Positions 39,542 through 49,194 are shown, counted from the first letter of the stretch. The stretch: DNA of 64,000 bases from Alphaproteobacteria bacterium (GCA_965228895.1 OZ245842.1:1344001-1408000); one strand, 5' to 3'. Numbers and translations are program-made. Notes: a model not told the origin generated them from the sequence alone.

Positions 39542-41121
39542 CCCAGGTCGATGCGCCGCTCGATCCGGATCGCCGAAAGAAAGTCCTCGTCGTGGCTTGC
39601 AACCAGCAGCGCGCCGTCATAGTCGGCAAGTGCGGCCTCGATGACCTCGATAGAGGTGAGATCCAGGTGGTTCGTCGGTTCGTCGAGGACGATCAACTGT
39701 GGTGCTTCATGGCCGCCCAACACGACAGCCAACGCGGCCCGCAGGCGTTCGCCGCCACTCAGGTTTCCGACCCGCTTCAGGGCGTCATCGTTCCGAAAAA
39801 GAAAGCGCGCCAGCATGGTCCGCGCGGCATTCTCCGGTTGCTCGGGATTGAGATGGCGAAAGTTCTCCAGGATCGTGGACGAGGGGTCGAGAAGGGCGAC
39901 GTTCTGATCGAGCATGACGATCCGGCATCCCCGACGGACAGAGCCCTGATCGGGTTTCAGGTCACCGGCGACCAGGCGGAGCAGGGTCGACTTGCCGGCG
40001 CCGTTCGGCCCGATGACGGCGATCCGTTCGGGTCCCACGAGCGTGAGTGACAGGTCGGACAGGACGGACTTGCCGTCGGGTGTCCGCCAGGAAACATCGT
40101 CCATAGCAAGCAGGCGTTTGTTCGACGGCGTGTTCGATGGCGGCAGCGTAAGGCTAAGGGACTTGAAAACCTCGACGTCTTCGCGTGCGGCGTTGACCGC
40201 TGCCGTGGCATCGTCACGCTTACGCGTTGAGAGGTTGGCGCCGCGATCCATCGCTTGTTCGCTCTTCTCCTTCTTGAAGTCGTAGGCCGACTTCGAGTGG
40301 CTTCGGCTGGTTCGCTCGTGGCGACCGCGACTGTCGCTGCGTGCTTTGCGTTCGCTAGCTTTCTGAATGTCCCGGTTGACCTGGACCAACGTGCGTTCGG
40401 CTGTGGCCAAACGGTGCTCAGCGGCGTCGCGCTCCTCGGCCTTGCGCTCGGCATAGAGATCCCAGTTGCCGCCGTAGACCTTGGCTCCGAGACCGGACAG
40501 TTCGACGATGCGGTCCATCCTGCGCAACAGCTTGCGGTCATGGCTGACAACCACAGCGCCACCTTTCCAGGCGCCTAGCATGTCGGCGACGATTGCGCGT
40601 CCACCCCGGTCCAGATTGTTGGTGGGTTCGTCGAGCAGCAACAAGTCGGGTTCGGCGAACATCAGAGCCGCCAGCGCGGCGCGGGTGGCTTGGCCGCCAC
40701 TTAAGGTCGCGAGTTGACGGTCGAGCGCGATATCGGCGAGGCCCGCATCAGCTAGCGCCGCCATGGCGCGCGGTTCGAGACTCCAGTCCGCGTCGTCCAG
40801 ATCGCCGTCTCGGGCTTCACCCGCCTCGATACGGGCAAGCCGCTCCAGGTCGTCAGCGACGCAAAACGCATCGGCGATTGTCTGATCCGGTGGCGGGCCG
40901 CTTCTTTGATGAAGCATGCTGACGCTGCCCGTCACCGTGACGGTTCCGCTAGCCGGTGCGATCGCGCCAGCCACGATGTTCAGTAACGTGGTCTTGCCGA
41001 TCCCGTTTCGGCCGATCAGGCCGGATCGTTCGGCACCAAACGCAAGGTTGATGTTATCGAGGAGCGGGGACCCGTCAGGCGTTGACCAGGAGACGTTTCT
41101 CAGTTCGATATGGGAGGGCAT
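39538..41121 (-). CDS. ABC-F family tandem ATPase (ribosome-associated, no TM domain)
   Basis: Two NBDs: GRNGIGKT/LSGGQ/LLLDEPTNNLD and GPNGAGKS/LSGGE/VLDEPTNHLD, joined by a charged linker. Confidence 0.92.
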   Translation of the reverse strand: MPSHIELRNVSWSTPDGSPLLDNINLAFGAERSGLIGRNGIGKTTLLNIVAGAIAPASGTVTVTGSVSMLHQRSGPPPDQTIADAFCVADDLERLARIEAGEARDGDLDDADWSLEPRAMAALADAGLADIALDRQLATLSGGQATRAALAALMFAEPDLLLLDEPTNNLDRGGRAIVADMLGAWKGGAVVVSHDRKLLRRMDRIVELSGLGAKVYGGNWDLYAERKAEERDAAEHRLATAERTLVQVNRDIQKASERKARSDSRGRHERTSRSHSKSAYDFKKEKSEQAMDRGANLSTRKRDDATAAVNAAREDVEVFKSLSLTLPPSNTPSNKRLLAMDDVSWRTPDGKSVLSDLSLTLVGPERIAVIGPNGAGKSTLLRLVAGDLKPDQGSVRRGCRIVMLDQNVALLDPSSTILENFRHLNPEQPENAARTMLARFLFRNDDALKRVGNLSGGERLRAALAVVLGGHEAPQLIVLDEPTNHLDLTSIEVIEAALADYDGALLVASHDEDFLSAIRIERRIDLG

Positions 41122-41182
41122 GGCAACACGATGCGTGATGGACGACATGGGTTTCACAGGTCTGCATCGTCTTGCACAACAT
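41075..41182 (-). CDS. Possible 35-aa leader ORF overlapping the ABC-F start
   Basis: AAGGGAG 6 nt before ATG; MLCKTMQTCETHVVHHASCCHALPYRTEKRLLVNA*. Confidence 0.35.
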   Translation of the reverse strand: MLCKTMQTCETHVVHHASCCHALPYRTEKRLLVNA

Positions 41183-41263
41183 CGGCCGCTCCCTTGTCTC
41201 TGAGCACGTGAGTCCGAACGGACTGACTACATGGTTAGCCGTTGTCGGTCAAATCAGCGCCAC

Positions 41264-42208
41264 TTATCGGCCGAGTTGACGCAACGCGCGTATCTGGACC
41301 GCCAACACACCGGCCATGATGACAAGGCCGCCGATGAGGTGAAACAAGGTCGGCCGGGCACCAAATGCCATGGCGATCAAAACAGCGATCACGGGCACGA
41401 AGTTGACGTAGATCGCCATCATGGTGACGCCGAGACGACTGACCCCGGTGTGCCATGTCAGATTGCCAATCCCGATCGGCACGATGCCGATGAAGAGCGC
41501 CAGGGCTATCGTGGTGACGTTGATCGGCAGGTGGACGTCGTAGAGACCTGTTGTTGCCAAAACGATAACGATGCCGGTCAGGATGAGGCCGCCGGGCAGC
41601 ATGGAGAAGGCGGCGATCTCAAGCTGGCTGAAACCTTTCAGCCTGCGCTGGCATGCGACCGAATACCATGTCCAGCAGATCAGGCTCAGCACCATGAACC
41701 CTTCACCGCCGGTAAAGCCGGCATCATCGAGGCGGCCGAGGGTCAGAATCACGCCGCCGACACACGCGAACATGATGCCGATGACGATGCCCGGCTGCAG
41801 CGGTACGCGAAACGCGACCCATGACGTCACCGCCGCGATAATCGGGCCGGTCGCATAGATGATGGCGACCGCGACGGAACCGGCGAGCGACACCGCGAGC
41901 GTCGTCAACGTCGACGAGCAGACGGGACCAAAGAACCCCAGCATGATCATGTGGCGCCATGGCAGGGTGCGGCGTAGCGGAAACTGACGTTGCCGCACCG
42001 CAAGCAACGTCAACAGGGCGATAGAGCCGATCAATTGGCGCGCCGCGGTCGTCGAAAAGATGTCCCAATGACGGAGCAGCTGCTCGACGAGCGGAAAGAT
42101 CGTGCCCCATACAAGGATGGTAACCAACGCCGCGCCGTTACCGATCAGGAGGTCGCGGCGTTCCGGGGCCTGTGCGTTATCTGGTTCGCCGTTTGACACG
42201 GGAGACAA
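41264..42208 (-). CDS. DMT/EamA-family transporter
   Basis: About 10 TM segments, LVWGTIF, two EamA-like halves. Confidence 0.88.
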   Translation of the reverse strand: MSPVSNGEPDNAQAPERRDLLIGNGAALVTILVWGTIFPLVEQLLRHWDIFSTTAARQLIGSIALLTLLAVRQRQFPLRRTLPWRHMIMLGFFGPVCSSTLTTLAVSLAGSVAVAIIYATGPIIAAVTSWVAFRVPLQPGIVIGIMFACVGGVILTLGRLDDAGFTGGEGFMVLSLICWTWYSVACQRRLKGFSQLEIAAFSMLPGGLILTGIVIVLATTGLYDVHLPINVTTIALALFIGIVPIGIGNLTWHTGVSRLGVTMMAIYVNFVPVIAVLIAMAFGARPTLFHLIGGLVIMAGVLAVQIRALRQLGR

Positions 42209-42217
42209 GTGGTGCGG

Positions 42218-44260
42218 CTAAAGGGCGACGCGATCCCGCTTCACGACGTCATTGCCGTCAAGTGTCCGTGCATAGAGATGCCCGGCATGCACCGCCGCGG
42301 CGATCAAGCCCGGTGCGTCGCAATCGCCGATATGGCTGGCCGAGCGTATGCCCGCATCGCCGAACGCTTGCTGACGATCCATGAGATCCCGGTAGAGACT
42401 GTCATTCGGCTTGCGGCCCGTCACGTTGACAAGTGTGGCGCACGGCAAACTCTGTTCGCGTCCGCTGAACGCGCAGGCGATGACCGCCACGCCGTTGGCG
42501 ACAGACTGTAGGGTGTGCGACGTCACGACATTGATGCCAAGTTCCAAGACGCGCGACTGGATTCGGTCTTGGTCAAGGGTGCCGTGAGCCATGCTGGACA
42601 CCACACCATCGCTGGTCACCAATGTGGTCTCATGACCTCCGCTTCTAAGTGCCTCTGCGACCACACCGCCCATGTAGAAGTTGTCGTCGTCGTAGACCAC
42701 GATCGGTCCGCTGACGGGTGCACCCGCCATGATGTCGTCGGGTGTCAGGACGTTCGCCTTGTCCCAGCCGTCAATGGTCCGGTGGCTCGACCGGCCGACG
42801 CCGTCCTGCCGCCAGCGCGCGCCTGTCGCAATGCAGACGTGATCAAAGCCGAATTCCAGAATCTGATCGGCGTCGAGTTCGCTGTCGCGGTAGACCTCGA
42901 CATGGCCGAGTTGCTCGATTTGATAGGTCCGGTAATCGCGCACGCGGCTCCACGCGGACAGGCCGGGCAGGGCGGATTCCTTCGTCACCCGGCCGCCTAG
43001 CTCGCTTGTCGCCTCGGCCAGCGCCACGTCGTAACCCCGGTCGGCGAGCGCCCGCGTCGCTTCCAATCCAGCGGGACCGGCGCCGACGACGAGAACTTTG
43101 GTGTCGCTCGCCCTTTTTGTGATGGTCTCGGGGTGCCAGTCGCGGCGCCATTCCTCGCCCATGGTCGGGTTCTGTGTACAGCGGATCGGCGCGCCGTGAC
43201 CGTCGCCCATGATGCAGACGTTGCAGCCGATGCACTCGCGGATGTCTTCGATGCGGCCTTCCTCGATTTTCTTGGGCAGGTAGGGGTCGGCGATGGACGG
43301 ACGGGCCGCGCCAATCATGTCCATGATGCCCTTGTTGACCACGCTCACCATGCGATCGGCGCTGGTATAGCGGCCGACGCCGACGACCGGTTTGGTCGTC
43401 ACCTGTTTGACGAAGTCGATATAGCCTTCCTGATGACCTTCCTCGGCAAATCGCGAGGTCCGGGCGTCCGCCGGGAAGTTGGCGATGTTGACGTCCCAGA
43501 GGTCCGGCACCTCGGCGAGGTACTCGACGAGCGCCCTGCCATCGCCATCCTTGGTTACGCCGGCATCGACATCCAGGTTGTCGACGGCAAAACGGATGAC
43601 GACGCCGCAGGTATCGCCGACGGCGTCCTTTGTGTCTTCCAGCAGTTCCTTGATCAAACGCGCGCGGTTCTCAAAGCTGCCGCCGTACTCGTCGCTGCGC
43701 TGATTCTGTACCGGTGACAGGAACTGGGCCGGCAGATAACCGTGGGCGGCGTAGACGTAAACGATATCGAAACCGGCTTCCTTCGACCGCAGCGCGGCCT
43801 CCCGATGCCAGCGGCGGAAGTTTTTGATATCGGTCTTGTCCATGGCGCGGGTCTGGTTGGCGCCGTGCCATGTCGGTACGCTGTCTGGACCGAGCGACGG
43901 TGCACGGCTCAAATGGTTGGCCGTGGAGTAGCCGCCATACCAAAGCTCGACGCCAGCGAGCGCACCGTGGCGATGCACGGCTTCGGTCATCGCGGCGTGG
44001 GTCTTGACGTCGGCGTCGTCCCACATGGTGCAGTAGGGATAGGGCTGATCGTCGGAACTGGGATGGATCGAACAGTACTCGGTGCACACCACACCCCAGC
44101 CGCCTTCAGCCTTGATCTCGCGCATGCGATTCAAGGTCTGCGGCATGGCAAAGCCCATGCCGGAGCAATGGGGCACCTGATAGAAGCGGTTCTTGGATGT
44201 CACCGGTCCGATAGCTACCGGCTCGAAAAGCACGTCATAGCGGGAATCGCGCGCCATCAT
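42218..44260 (-). CDS. Trimethylamine/histamine dehydrogenase-like flavo-iron-sulfur protein
   Basis: NRFYQVPHC (covalent-FMN Cys), KAEGGWG, YVYAAHGY, RECIGCNVC...CTQNPTMGEEWRR. Confidence 0.88.
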   Translation of the reverse strand: MMARDSRYDVLFEPVAIGPVTSKNRFYQVPHCSGMGFAMPQTLNRMREIKAEGGWGVVCTEYCSIHPSSDDQPYPYCTMWDDADVKTHAAMTEAVHRHGALAGVELWYGGYSTANHLSRAPSLGPDSVPTWHGANQTRAMDKTDIKNFRRWHREAALRSKEAGFDIVYVYAAHGYLPAQFLSPVQNQRSDEYGGSFENRARLIKELLEDTKDAVGDTCGVVIRFAVDNLDVDAGVTKDGDGRALVEYLAEVPDLWDVNIANFPADARTSRFAEEGHQEGYIDFVKQVTTKPVVGVGRYTSADRMVSVVNKGIMDMIGAARPSIADPYLPKKIEEGRIEDIRECIGCNVCIMGDGHGAPIRCTQNPTMGEEWRRDWHPETITKRASDTKVLVVGAGPAGLEATRALADRGYDVALAEATSELGGRVTKESALPGLSAWSRVRDYRTYQIEQLGHVEVYRDSELDADQILEFGFDHVCIATGARWRQDGVGRSSHRTIDGWDKANVLTPDDIMAGAPVSGPIVVYDDDNFYMGGVVAEALRSGGHETTLVTSDGVVSSMAHGTLDQDRIQSRVLELGINVVTSHTLQSVANGVAVIACAFSGREQSLPCATLVNVTGRKPNDSLYRDLMDRQQAFGDAGIRSASHIGDCDAPGLIAAAVHAGHLYARTLDGNDVVKRDRVAL

Positions 44261-44361
44261 GGCCCCTTGTCATCGTTCGTGGATCTGTCCGCCACAGCAT
44301 CGGGCGGCTTGGCGCGCCACGCAAGAGCTTGTCTACGCCATAAGGTGGGAAGGGGCTTAGG

Positions 44362-46119
44362 TTACTTGCTCCAGCACTCCACCAGGTGGGTGAACTCCTC
44401 GGCGCTGTCGGCGATATCCGTCGTTTCCCGGTGCTCGGTTGATGCCGCCGTCCGATAAGCAACCTCCTGGGAGTCCAAGAAGATCAACGCAATCTGTGTT
44501 TTGATGGCGAAATTGACGTTCTGCGGCGTCACGTCATCGTTTCCTCTGACCAACTCCGACGAGACAACGCCAATCACGTGGCCGCTGCTGTCCAGCAGGG
44601 GGCCGCCGCTGTTGCCGGGCTGGATGGGCGCGGTGAACTGATACTCGCGAATGTCCTCGTTGTAGCCGACCAGCGCACTGATGGTGCCGACGGTGATGTT
44701 GCCCGACGACGACAGGGTGCCCTGAAGCGGGAAGCCGATCGCCACGACAGTCTCGCCGCGCTGAACCCGCGGGCTCTCGCGAAACGCCGCCGTCTTGATC
44801 GTATCGGGGTCGGCATCTGGCAAGTGCAGCAGGGCAAGATCGTTACCGGCATCGGCGGCGACCACCTCGGCGACGCCATAGTCCTCGACGGTCACTTGCA
44901 GGCAGCCGTCGATGACGTGCTGGTTGGTCAACATCTCGCCACGCGATGAAACAAAGAAACCTGTACCCGTGCCCCACAGGTTGAGCTTTGGCAGCAGGGA
45001 CGATTGTTCGTTCTCGGCAATGCGCAAGCGGCTGTTGAGTGTCTCGCGCAGCGATGTCAAAAGCGCTTCATCAATGGTGCCACTTGTCGGCAAACCTTGG
45101 GCGCTCTGATAGGCGTTGACCGCTTCCCTGGTGTTGGGGCCGGCGATCCCGTCGATAACACCGACATCGTAGCCGAGCGCGGTGAGCAGTTCTTGCGCCG
45201 CACGGATCAGCGCTGTTGTTTCAGCAGCGCCGGTTTCTTCGGCGTCTTCAATCTGCTCGGGCGTCAGCACCGCCGCGATCTTGTCACGTAGTTCGGCGGC
45301 GCCTGGCTCGTCCTGGGCCGCGGCCAGATCGAGCCACTCATAGGCTTCGACCAGGTCTTTCTGCACACCGAGACCGTCATAGAGCATGCGGCCCAAGGCG
45401 GCCTGCGCATAGGAATCGCCGAGCTCGGCGGCGTGCCGGTACCAGTCGACAGCGGTGCGATAGTTCTGAGATACGCCGTAGCCGTTCTCATAGAGGTAGC
45501 CGAGGCTGGAGAGTGCAAAGGTGTCATCGTCGGCGGCGGCGCGTTCGTACCAGGTTGCCGCGATGGCATAGTCCTGGACGACGCCATAACCGTTCTCGTA
45601 GAGAAAGCCGACATTGCGTTCGGCGAACGCTTCGCCCTGCTTGGCGGAGCGAAGGAACCACATCATGGCTTCGTTGTAGTCGAGTTCGACGCCCAGGCCG
45701 TATGCATAGAGGTAGCCCAGATTGCCCTGGGCATAACCATCGCCTTGCTCGGCGGCCTGTCTGTACCAGTTGGCGGCCATGCGGTAGTCCTGGGGCACGC
45801 CCAGACCGCTGTCATATAGGTAACCCAGGTTGCCCTGGGCATAGGCGTCGCCCTGCTCGGCGGCGCGGCGATACCAGTCGGCCGCCTGGGTGTAGTCCTG
45901 GGGCACGCCCAGACCGAATTCATAGAGGTAGCCGATATAGGACTGCGCGGCGGCATCACCCTTACTCGCCATGCCGATCCACTCTTGATACGCGGTTGCG
46001 TAGTCTTCCCGGTCAAACGCATCCCAGCCGGAATCAAGATCAGCCGAAGCAGGCACCGCAAGTAATGCGATGACGGCAAACGCCGGTATGGAGTTCAGAA
46101 GACGGTGCATCACGCTCAT
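44362..46119 (-). CDS. Secreted Sel1-repeat + peptidoglycan-binding + trypsin-like serine protease
   Basis: Signal peptide, six 36-aa Sel1 repeats, LGY..G.IDG..GP.TR.A PG-binding motif, triad TNQH/NDLA/GNSGGP. Confidence 0.9.
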   Translation of the reverse strand: MSVMHRLLNSIPAFAVIALLAVPASADLDSGWDAFDREDYATAYQEWIGMASKGDAAAQSYIGYLYEFGLGVPQDYTQAADWYRRAAEQGDAYAQGNLGYLYDSGLGVPQDYRMAANWYRQAAEQGDGYAQGNLGYLYAYGLGVELDYNEAMMWFLRSAKQGEAFAERNVGFLYENGYGVVQDYAIAATWYERAAADDDTFALSSLGYLYENGYGVSQNYRTAVDWYRHAAELGDSYAQAALGRMLYDGLGVQKDLVEAYEWLDLAAAQDEPGAAELRDKIAAVLTPEQIEDAEETGAAETTALIRAAQELLTALGYDVGVIDGIAGPNTREAVNAYQSAQGLPTSGTIDEALLTSLRETLNSRLRIAENEQSSLLPKLNLWGTGTGFFVSSRGEMLTNQHVIDGCLQVTVEDYGVAEVVAADAGNDLALLHLPDADPDTIKTAAFRESPRVQRGETVVAIGFPLQGTLSSSGNITVGTISALVGYNEDIREYQFTAPIQPGNSGGPLLDSSGHVIGVVSSELVRGNDDVTPQNVNFAIKTQIALIFLDSQEVAYRTAASTEHRETTDIADSAEEFTHLVECWSK

Positions 46120-46345
46120 CAGCCATCAATCCCCTGGTTCCCAGTAGCCTTTATAGCCTTCAATAGAGGGTTGGACCATCAATCTGGGCCAAATCCATGA
46201 TGAGACCCCAATCTTTGCTTGGACCAGTATAGTACAGACAGTCGTGAAGAAGATGTAACGGTGACTACAATCTGTCACATCTTGCCGTCGCGGATTCAGC
46301 CGATATGCTCGCGCCGCCCAGCTGGAAACGAGGGAATGCCCGCCT

Positions 46346-47476
46346 ATGTCCGAAACCCTGGATCTGCTTGCCCGACTAATCGCCATCGACACCTGCGATC
46401 CGCCGGGCGGAGAAATGGAGATCGCGGGCGTCGTTCACGGCTACCTGCGGGAACATGGCCTGGCGTCGGAACTCGACGTCTTCCTGCCAGGCAGGGCCAA
46501 CGTCGTCTCGCGCCTGAAGGGTGATGGCAGTCGGCCGGGGCTGATATTCTCAGCCCATTTCGACACCGTGCCGCCGGGCGCGCAGCCGTGGCAACACGGC
46601 CCCTTTTCCGCGCAGATCGAAGGCGGCCGCCTTTATGGTCGTGGCGCGTCTGATATGAAAAGTGGCATGGCGGCGATGATCAGCGCGGCGGTCAACCTGA
46701 CGCAACAGGACGTCACCTTGGGCGGCGATCTGATCCTGGCGTTCAGTGCGGGAGAAAGTTCGAACTGCCTCGGCGCAAAACGCATGGTTGAGAATGGCGA
46801 CTTGGCCGGTGCCGGTCATTTTCTGGTCAGCGAGCCGACCTCGCTCGGCATATTGATCGCGGAGAAGGGCGCTCTGTGGCTGCGGCTGATCACCCATGGC
46901 AAAGGCGGTCATGCGTCGGCGGACGAAGGCGCGTCAACCATGAGCCACAGTGCCATCACGCGTATGACGCAGGCACTCTCAGCATTGGAGCAGTTCGGTT
47001 TCGGCGTCGCGGACCACGCGCTCTTGGGTTCGCCGAGCGTTGCGGTGGGCACAATCCATGGCGGCACGGTGGTCAACCTGACGCCGGACCGGTGCGAGGC
47101 GGAGATTGATTTGCGACTGCTGCCAGGACAAGAGCCGCCCGCCGTTGTTGCTGCGCTGTCAGCGTATTTGGGCGATGACATCGAGATTGAAGAAATCGAT
47201 TTCAAACCACCGGTCGAGACCGCGGCTGATCACCCGTTCGTCACGGCCTGTATCGATGCGTGCGAACGTATGTCCGGGCAACCGCCGGTTCCAGGCGGCG
47301 TTTCCTATTACAGCGATGCCACGGTCATATGCCCGGCCCTCGACCTGCCGATGGTCATCCTGGGTCCTGGCGAACTCGGCATGAGCGGCCAGACCGATGA
47401 GTACGTCGAGATCGAAAAACTGGAGCAGGCGGTGCCGGTCTTTGAGCAGGTCGCGCGAACCATGCTGGCGTCCTGA
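46346..47476 (+). CDS. M20 metallopeptidase/deacylase (ArgE/DapE-like)
   Basis: SAHFDTVP, GRGASDMKSG, EPT, GKGGHAS. Confidence 0.9.
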   Translation: MSETLDLLARLIAIDTCDPPGGEMEIAGVVHGYLREHGLASELDVFLPGRANVVSRLKGDGSRPGLIFSAHFDTVPPGAQPWQHGPFSAQIEGGRLYGRGASDMKSGMAAMISAAVNLTQQDVTLGGDLILAFSAGESSNCLGAKRMVENGDLAGAGHFLVSEPTSLGILIAEKGALWLRLITHGKGGHASADEGASTMSHSAITRMTQALSALEQFGFGVADHALLGSPSVAVGTIHGGTVVNLTPDRCEAEIDLRLLPGQEPPAVVAALSAYLGDDIEIEEIDFKPPVETAADHPFVTACIDACERMSGQPPVPGGVSYYSDATVICPALDLPMVILGPGELGMSGQTDEYVEIEKLEQAVPVFEQVARTMLAS

Positions 47477-47513
47477 AGAAAAGGGCCGCCCCGATGCGGA
47501 ACCCGGGACGGCC
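47476..47513 (-). terminator. Possible intrinsic terminator between convergent genes
   Basis: Minus strand GGCCGTCCCG-10nt-CGGGGCGGCC followed by CTTTTCTT. Confidence 0.5.
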
Positions 47514-47536
47514 AGTGGGGGACGGATGTTAGCTTT

Positions 47537-48130
47537 TTAGGAGACGAACGCGTTGGGGACGGGGTCTTCGCCCAGAACCATGCGCAGGACCGCGAGGTGC
47601 ATGGCTTCATCGCCCAGGATGGACGCTGCGACCTGGGCGAGATCACGGTCTTCGAACTCTGGCACCGCGCCCAGATAGGCGCTGACGGCACCGGCCTCCA
47701 GGTCGGCGGCAAACGACAAGGCGTCTGCTTCGTTCTTGATCGAGTCGAGCGGAAAATCGTACTGAGCGAGCGGTTCGACAGGCGTGCCGCCAAGCTGACC
47801 GATCGTCCCGGCAAGTGCCTCGGCGTGTTCCTGGTGATGCCCCATGAAGGTTATCGCCGTCGGCGCGACGGCATCGGTCAAGATACCGGCGTCAGCGACC
47901 GTCGCATAGGCCGCGACCGCTTCCAGTTCCGCACCCAGTGCTGCGTTAAGAATGGTGACATCTTGTTCGCCCGACGCCGCCCATGCGCCGCGCGAACCGA
48001 TCAGGTGGTCGGCGCCGGCCATCATGGCAAGCGCGCCAGCTGACAACGTCGCGCCACCGGCTTTCCTGAACAAACTTCGCCGGTTGATCAAACTGCGAAA
48101 CGAAAAGGGTGTTACTGTTGCTTCGTTCAT
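47537..48130 (-). CDS. Exported ferritin-like domain protein (probable Tat signal)
   Basis: NRRSLF signal; D..ILN.AL..E..AV.AY, HHQEH, DLE..AVSAY, DEAMH di-metal ligands. Confidence 0.85.
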   Translation of the reverse strand: MNEATVTPFSFRSLINRRSLFRKAGGATLSAGALAMMAGADHLIGSRGAWAASGEQDVTILNAALGAELEAVAAYATVADAGILTDAVAPTAITFMGHHQEHAEALAGTIGQLGGTPVEPLAQYDFPLDSIKNEADALSFAADLEAGAVSAYLGAVPEFEDRDLAQVAASILGDEAMHLAVLRMVLGEDPVPNAFVS

Positions 48131-48157
48131 ATCGGTGCTCCCTATTGGTAAAGGAGT

Positions 48158-48183
48158 TACCCGGCAAGCACCGTCTTGGATGC
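48158..48183 (-). promoter_or_regulatory. Putative ECF promoter GCATCC-N17-GTA for the ferritin-like gene
   Basis: Same motif and spacing as upstream of the sigma gene (49169-49194). Confidence 0.55.
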
Positions 48184-48187
48184 AGTA

Positions 48188-49147
48188 CTAAAGAACGATT
48201 TGCAGAACCAGATAGATGATCACGATCGTCATGAGAGCAAGTGCGATCGGGCGCCAGAACAACGTATCGCTCGACGCGCGGTGCCGACCGTGCGGCAAGG
48301 TGCTCGCGACACGGCGCCACACCGTGTTGTCGACGTCCATGTCAGGCAAGGTGTCGACCAACGCGGCAAGGGCATACTCCCAGCGATCGGCCATCTGACA
48401 CAAACGGGCATCCTGGTCGCGAAGCTTCGCGAAGCGGCTGCGTGCCGGACCACGCAACAAACCGAGGACGTATTCGCCGGCCAGCGCGTCCTTGACGCCG
48501 ATCTTCTGGTCGCTTCCTTCAAGACAGGTGCGCAGACGGATCATGCCGCGCCGTATGGCGCTCTTGGCGGTACCCAGCGGCAGTTGCAGGCGTTCGGCCA
48601 ACTCGCGATGGCTTAGTCCTTCGAAATAGGCCAGCGTGATCGCGCGGCGCTGGGTATCCGGCAGGCGTTGCAGGCAGCCAGCTAGCGCCTGCGTTTCCTG
48701 TCGGCGCATGGCCTGCTCCAGTGGATCGGGCTCGCTGCTCGCAATCTCGCGCGCGTCCAGTTCCGGACTCGATGGGATCTCGCGGCCGCCGCGCATGGCC
48801 AGCGTCAACGCGACATTACGGGTGATGGTGACAATCCAGGCGAACCCTGATCCCTTGCCTGGATCATAACGGTGCGCCCAGCGCCATATCCGCAGATAGG
48901 CGCTCTGCAGCGCGTCTTCCGCACGGTCGGGCTTGCGCAGGATCTTCATGCAGAGCGCATAGAGTTTGCCGTGGGTCAGATCGAACAAACGGGCAAAGGC
49001 GTCCTGATCGCCGCGCGCGGCCGCTTCGATCAGCGCCGCCAGCGGATCGCTCGCGTCCGCGCCGCGAGTCACCGATGCACCTGCCGTCGGCATTGGCGCG
49101 TTGCGTGCGTCTGCCTTGGTCTTCGTCAGGGGGACAACATTTTCCAT
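48188..49147 (-). CDS. ECF sigma factor (SigK-like) fused to RskA-like anti-sigma N-domain and C-terminal TM helix
   Basis: Region 2 AEDALQ..YLRIW, region 4 LAYFEGLSHRELA..PLGTAKS.IRRG, then LAGEYVLGLL...VW.RV and a hydrophobic tail. Confidence 0.85.
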   Translation of the reverse strand: MENVVPLTKTKADARNAPMPTAGASVTRGADASDPLAALIEAAARGDQDAFARLFDLTHGKLYALCMKILRKPDRAEDALQSAYLRIWRWAHRYDPGKGSGFAWIVTITRNVALTLAMRGGREIPSSPELDAREIASSEPDPLEQAMRRQETQALAGCLQRLPDTQRRAITLAYFEGLSHRELAERLQLPLGTAKSAIRRGMIRLRTCLEGSDQKIGVKDALAGEYVLGLLRGPARSRFAKLRDQDARLCQMADRWEYALAALVDTLPDMDVDNTVWRRVASTLPHGRHRASSDTLFWRPIALALMTIVIIYLVLQIVL

Positions 49148-49168
49148 CGCATTCGCCTTTCGCCACTA

Positions 49169-49194
49169 TACTCGCGTCGTCACAAGGGGGATGC
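49169..49194 (-). promoter_or_regulatory. Putative autoregulatory ECF promoter GCATCC-N17-GTA
   Basis: 21 bp upstream of the sigma ATG; duplicated before the downstream gene. Confidence 0.55.

Noticed and set aside
44362-46119. Sel1/trypsin-like protease as the RiPP maturation enzyme
   Set aside because: It lies 30 kb away, is secreted and has a common architecture. Nothing in the sequence links it to the locus.
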